Assembly: GCA_963740355.1 (NCBI GenBank)
Contig: CAVUDW010000002.1
Location: 192,001-256,000 of the forward strand
Origin: an uncultured Gemmatimonadaceae bacterium
GTDB lineage: Bacteria > Gemmatimonadota > Gemmatimonadetes > Gemmatimonadales > Gemmatimonadaceae
DNA: 64,000 nucleotides
Direction of reading: 5' to 3'
Part shown: piece after piece, positions 59,551 to 64,000 of the stretch
How the letters are laid out: each line of letters begins with the position of its first letter
How positions within the stretch are numbered: position 1 is the first letter of the stretch
Position numbers and translations under genes: made by a program
The notes under the pieces: model-generated
Seen by the model: only the letters and a program-made list of their open reading frames with translations
The model's database searches: none
What the model was told of the DNA's origin: nothing

Positions 59551-62500
59551 GTGAACGTTGCCGAACTGCTGTCGAGTGTAGCCAACACCGGCGTTGAACT
59601 GTGGTTCGAGGGCTCACGCCTTCGTTTCAGGGGTCCGCGGGGCGCGCTCACAGGTGAGCAGCGTGCGGCGCTGTCGTCGAATCGCGCGGCCGTTGTCGAG
59701 CACCTGCGCGCGGTCGCCTCGGAGCAGCTCCACTCGTTCCCGCTGTCGTACAATCAGCGTGCGCTCTGGTTCATCCACCAGGAAGCGCCGACGAATGTGG
59801 CGTACCATGTCGCCCAAGGCATTCGCATCACGTCGGTGGTCCAGCGTGACGCGGTGCGTGAGGCATTGCAGGGAGTGTCGGACCGGCATCCCATGCTGCG
59901 GACGACCTACGCCCTCTCGGACGAGGGCCAGCTGCTGCAGCAGACGCGGGGCGCGGTGGATGTGGCCTTCGATTGCGTCGATGCCACCGGCAGCACCGAG
60001 GACGAGCTGCGCGCACTGGTGGATGCCGACTACGCGCGTCCCTTCGATCTCGAAGACGGTCCGGTGTTCCGTTGCACGCTGTTCTCGCGCGCTGAGGCCG
60101 ACCATGTCCTGGTCATCTACATGCACCACATCGCGGGCGACGCCTGGTCGCTGATGATGGTGCTGGACGATTTCCAGAAGTTGTACGCGGAAGCCTGCGG
60201 ACAGCCGACTTCGCTGCCGGCACGCGTGGAGACGGCGTACGAGTCGTTCGTGACGTGGCAGGAGTCGTGGCTGGCCAGCGACGATGGACAGCGGACCGGC
60301 GCCGCCTGGCAGGCCGTGCTGGCAGCCCCTCGTGCCCAGGTCGAGCTGCCGCCAGACCGGGCGCGCCCGGAACGCAAGACATTTCGCGGGGCGACGATCT
60401 CGTTTTCGCTGGAGGTCGAGACCGTGACCCGGCTGCGACAGGTGGCGCGCGAGCAGCATACCACCCTGTTCGTCGTGTTGCTCGCCGGCTACGTGGCGAT
60501 GCTGCATCGACTCACCGGTGAGACCGACGTGATCGTCGGCACGCCAACATTTGGTCGTACCGATAGTGCGTACTCCCGTGTGGTCGGGCACTTCGTGAAT
60601 CCTGTGCCGCTGCGGACACGCGTCGAATCGACCATCAGCTTCGCGGAACTGGTGGCGCGCGTCGGTCGCACGGTGCGAGCCGCTCTCGATGGACAGGAAT
60701 ATCCGTTCCAGCTGATCGTGCAGCATGCGCATGTGGTGCGCGATCCCAGCAGGTCGCCGCTGTTCGAGGCCTTCTTCGGATTGCTGGCGTTCGATCAGGT
60801 GCGGCATGGTGCCGATCCCGTTCCGCCGGCCGATGGGCCGCGCGATTTCGGTGGCCTGCGCGCCGAGCCGTATTCGCTTCGACAGCAGGAAGGCCAGTTC
60901 GATCTCTCGTTGCAGCTGAGCGAGCATGACGGCGGGCTCGATGGCTGGCTGATTTTCAATCCGGACATTCATGATGCCGACACCATCCAGCAGGTGGCCG
61001 CTCACTACACCGCACTCCTGGGCGGCGCGCTGGTGAGCATGGAGTCAACCGTTGCCGAGTTGCCGCCGCACGCCGATCGTCTGGGTGCCGATCACACGTC
61101 GGCGCACGCGGGGCCGCCGGCGCACGTGCAGCAATTGCTCGATGAACTGGCCGCGCGCGACGTGCGCCTGACGCTCGACGGGGAGAAGCTCAAGGTCAAC
61201 GCGCCGGTGGGCGCGCTGGACGACAGCCTGAAGGCACGCCTGTCACAGGCGAAGGCTGAGATCATCACGGCGCTGCGGGCCGCACCCGAGCCCCGTTCGG
61301 TGTTGCGGCGTGTGCCACGCACGGCGCCGCTGCCGATCTCGTATGCCCAGCAGCGCCTCTGGTTTCTCGACCGCATGGATCCGGGGAACTCGCATTACAA
61401 CATCTCGCTGCCGCTGCGGATCACCGGGCCGCTTGACGTTGCGGTGATGACGCAGGTGCTGGATGCGATTCCGCATCGCCACGAGGCGCTCCGGATCCGC
61501 ATCCGTGACATCGACGGCAACCCGCGCGCTGAATTGATGGAGTCGGTGGGCAGTGTGGTGCGGCTGGTGGACATCAGCGGCCTTGCGCCCGAGGCGCGTG
61601 CGGCCGAGTCGCATCGCCTGCTGCTGCAACAGATGGTCGTGCCTTTCGATCTCGCGACCGGTCCCCTGATCTCGTGCCTGCTCGTGCGTCACTCGGACGA
61701 CGAGTTCGTGCTGATGATCAGCATGCACCACATCGCGTCCGACGGCTGGTCGTTGAGCGTGGTCGTCGGCGAAATCTGCGCGGCGTATGAGGCGGCGATG
61801 GCCGGCCTGCCGTCACCGCTCGCGCCGCTGGAGGTGCAGTACGTGGACTTCGCCGCCTGGCAGCGCGAGCAGATGAATTCCGGCATGCTGGTGCAGCAGC
61901 TGGGTTATTGGCAGCGGGAGCTGGCTGGGGCACCGGTGCTGCTGGAACTGCCGACGGACCGTCCACGCCCCGCGGTGCAGACCTACCGCGGCACCCGCCG
62001 GAAGTACCGGATGGAGCCGGAACTGCTGGCTGGCCTCAAGGCCGTCAGCCGCGCCAGCGACGCCACACTCTACATGACGTTGCTGGCCGGGTGGCAGGTG
62101 CTGCTGCATCGCTATTCGGGGCAGGACGACATCGTGGTCGGCTCGCCGATGGCGAACCGTGATGACCCGGCGCTCGAGCCGCTGGTCGGCTGCTTCGTGA
62201 ACAACGTGGTGATGCGTGGCCGTCTGGAGGGTAACCCCACCTTCCGCGAGTTTCTCGGTCGCACGGCGACGACGGTCCTCGGCGCATTCGATCATCGTGA
62301 GTTGCCGTTCGATCGGCTCGTCGAAGGGCTGCGGCCGGAGCGGAGTACGAGCCACGCGCCGGTGTTTCAGGTGCTCTTCACGCTGCAGTCGTTCCCGGTG
62401 GACAACCGACACCCGGCGGGCCTGCATCTGGAATTGCTGAACATCGAAGACGACGAGCGCGGAACCGCCCGTTTCGACCTCACACTCGAAATGGACGAGC

Positions 62501-64000
62501 ACGAGGGCGGCCTGCGGATGTTCTACGAATACGCCACCGACCTCTTCGACGAGTCGACGGTGGCGCGGATGCACGGGCAGTATCTGGCCTTGCTGGCCGG
62601 GATCGTGGAGTCACTCGATGTGCGGGTGACCGACATCCCGATCCTCACCGCAGCGGACGAACGGACCCTGCTCGACGAGGTGAACGCCACCGCGTTCGAG
62701 CACGATCGATCGGTCTGCGTGCACGAGATGGTGCGGGCGATGGCCATCGCCACGCCGGATGCGGTGGCGGTGCAGGCACCCGACGAGACGCTGACCTACG
62801 GCCAGCTCGAGCGGCGCTCGAACCAGATGGCGCAGCTGCTTCGCGAACGTGGCGTGGGCGATGGTGCGCTGGTGGGCGTCTGCCTGGACCGGATCGCGGA
62901 TCTTCCGGTGGCGCTGTTGGCGGTCCACAAGGCTGGCGCAGCCTACGTGCCGGTGGATCCGGCGCATCCGGCGGAACGGCTGGTCTACACACTGACGGAC
63001 GCGAAGGTCTCGTGCGTGATCACGGAGGAGCGCTTCGCTGGTCTGGTGGAAGCAGCGCAGGCTCCACTGTTGCTTGTTGATGCGGATGCTGGCGCGATTG
63101 TGGCGCAGTCAACGCAGCCCCCGCAGACGAATGTGCGACCGGACGATCTCGCCTACGTGATCTACACCTCCGGCTCCACCGGACGGCCCAAGGGGGTCGA
63201 GGTCGAGCATCGGAACGTGGTGAATTTCCTCCGCTGCATGCAGCGCGAGCCGGGCTTCTCGCGCGACGACGTCGTGCTGGCCGTGACCACCCCGTCCTTC
63301 GACATCGCGGGCCTCGAGATCTTTCTGCCACTCGTGAGCGGGGCTCGCACGGTGATCGCGTCCCGCGGCGACGTGCTGGATGGTGAGCGGCTGATCGCCC
63401 TCGCCAACGAGTGCCACGCCACCGTGATGCAGGCCACCCCGGCGACCTGGCGGCTGATGATCGATGCGGGGTGGACCGGCAAGCAGGACCTGCGCGTGCT
63501 ATGTGGTGGCGAAGCGATGCCGCGCGACCTCGCGCGAGAACTGCTCACGCGCACCAACGTCATCTGGAACATGTACGGGCCGACCGAAACCACGATCTGG
63601 TCGACGACGCATCGCGTCACCGACGCCAGTCAGGAAATCCCCATCGGTCACCCCATCGGGAATACGACGGTCTACGTGCTCGATGCCGCCGGCCGGCCGG
63701 CACCCGTCGGCGTTGCTGGCGAGCTCTGCATTGGCGGTGAAGGTGTGGCCCGTGGCTACCGCGACCGCCCCGAACTCACCGCCGAGAAATTCGTCTCAGT
63801 TTCCCTGGCCGGACGCCCCGCCGAACGGGTCTATCGCACCGGCGACGTGGTTCGCCTCCGCAGCGATTTGACACTCGAGTTCGTCGGTCGACGCGACCAT
63901 CAGGTGAAGGTCCGCGGCTACCGTATCGAACTGGGTGAGATCGAATCGGTGCTGGTCGAGGACACAACCGTCAAGCGCGCGGTCGTGATCGTGCGCGAAG
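59551..64000 (+). CDS. Non-ribosomal peptide synthetase: TubC_N-C-TubC_N-C-A(Gly), running off the right edge
   Basis: Not in the ORF track. Frame open from GTG 59551 in the stretches translated. Motifs: LSYNQRALWF, HHIAGDA (60124), ISYAQQRLWF, HHIASDG (61726), LAYVIYTSGSTGRPKG, NMYGPTE, YRTGD, GRRDHQVKVRGYRIELGEIE. Confidence 0.93.
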   Translation, partial: MNVAELLSSVANTGVELWFEGSRLRFRGPRGALTGEQRAALSSNRAAVVEHLRAVASEQLHSFPLSYNQRALWFIHQEAPTNVAYHVAQGIRITSVVQRDAVREALQGVSDRHPMLRTTYALSDEGQLLQQTRGAVDVAFDCVDATGSTEDELRALVDADYARPFDLEDGPVFRCTLFSRAEADHVLVIYMHHIAGDAWSLMMVLDDFQKLYAEACGQPTSLPARVETAYESFVTWQESWLASDDGQRTGAAWQAVLAAPRAQVELPPDRARPERKTFRGATISFSLEVETVTRLRQVAREQHTTLFVVLLAGYVAMLHRLTGETDVIVGTPTFGRTDSAYSRVVGHFVNPVPLRTRVESTISFAELVARVGRTVRAALDGQEYPFQLIVQHAHVVRDPSRSPLFEAFFGLLAFDQVRHGADPVPPADGPRDFGGLRAEPYSLRQQEGQFDLSLQLSEHDGGLDGWLIFNPDIHDADTIQQVAAHYTALLGGALVSMESTVAELPPHADRLGADHTSAHAGPPAHVQQLLDELAARDVRLTLDGEKLKVNAPVGALDDSLKARLSQAKAEIITALRAAPEPRSVLRRVPRTAPLPISYAQQRLWFLDRMDPGNSHYNISLPLRITGPLDVAVMTQVLDAIPHRHEALRIRIRDIDGNPRAELMESVGSVVRLVDISGLAPEARAAESHRLLLQQMVVPFDLATGPLISCLLVRHSDDEFVLMISMHHIASDGWSLSVVVGEICAAYEAAMAGLPSPLAPLEVQYVDFAAWQREQMNSGMLVQQLGYWQRELAGAPVLLELPTDRPRPAVQTYRGTRRKYRMEPELLAGLKAVSRASDATLYMTLLAGWQVLLHRYSGQDDIVVGSPMANRDDPALEPLVGCFVNNVVMRGRLEGNPTFREFLGRTATTVLGAFDHRELPFDRLVEGLRPERSTSHAPVFQVLFTLQSFPVDNRHPAGLHLELLNIEDDERGTARFDLTLEMDEHEGGLRMFYEYATDLFDESTVARMHGQYLALLAGIVESLDVRVTDIPILTAADERTLLDEVNATAFEHDRSVCVHEMVRAMAIATPDAVAVQAPDETLTYGQLERRSNQMAQLLRERGVGDGALVGVCLDRIADLPVALLAVHKAGAAYVPVDPAHPAERLVYTLTDAKVSCVITEERFAGLVEAAQAPLLLVDADAGAIVAQSTQPPQTNVRPDDLAYVIYTSGSTGRPKGVEVEHRNVVNFLRCMQREPGFSRDDVVLAVTTPSFDIAGLEIFLPLVSGARTVIASRGDVLDGERLIALANECHATVMQATPATWRLMIDAGWTGKQDLRVLCGGEAMPRDLARELLTRTNVIWNMYGPTETTIWSTTHRVTDASQEIPIGHPIGNTTVYVLDAAGRPAPVGVAGELCIGGEGVARGYRDRPELTAEKFVSVSLAGRPAERVYRTGDVVRLRSDLTLEFVGRRDHQVKVRGYRIELGEIESVLVEDTTVKRAVVIVRE

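Noticed and set aside
59466..59554. Chain of overlapping micro-ORFs before the NRPS (possible leader or precursor peptides)
   Set aside because: No Shine-Dalgarno and no informative composition; compatible with chance.

Overview
High-GC bacterial chromosomal window. The gene order and sequence style suggest a Gemmatimonas-like member of Gemmatimonadota, but this is an inference and was not verified. Positions 1-15 kb (minus strand) hold a flagellar basal-body/hook cluster: flgB, flgC, orf, fliE-F-G-H-I-J, a motE/ylxF-like gene, fliK, flgD, flgE, a REP/BIME-like repeat array, then fliL-M-N and a fliO ORF that runs off the left edge. Next come an acyl-CoA dehydrogenase, an amidohydrolase and a sigma54 activator, followed by flgL-fliW, three TPR-glycosyltransferases divergent from a short flagellin, fliD-fliS-fliT-like-orf-flgM, and a chemotaxis operon (cheY, cheZ, cheA, cheW, cheR, cheD, cheY2, cheX, cheB). 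Positions 39.5-56 kb carry housekeeping and accessory genes, including a two-component system and a CzcCBA-like RND pump whose transporter gene has two single-base insertions. Positions 56.5-64 kb hold wzm, wzt, an Sfp-type PPTase and an NRPS that runs off the right edge. Main findings: (1) FliK contains an apparently intact M15 Zn-peptidase (peptidoglycan hydrolase) domain. (2) A Wzm/Wzt glycan exporter is translationally coupled to a PPTase and followed by an NRPS with a docking-C-docking-C-A(Gly) start. (3) A 71-bp repeat array shares a 25-bp IHF-like dyad with two sigma54 flagellar promoters, and those promoters also share an identically spaced enhancer pair. (4) There is a probable FliO-FliP fusion. 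All calls come from reading motifs by eye; no database searches were run.
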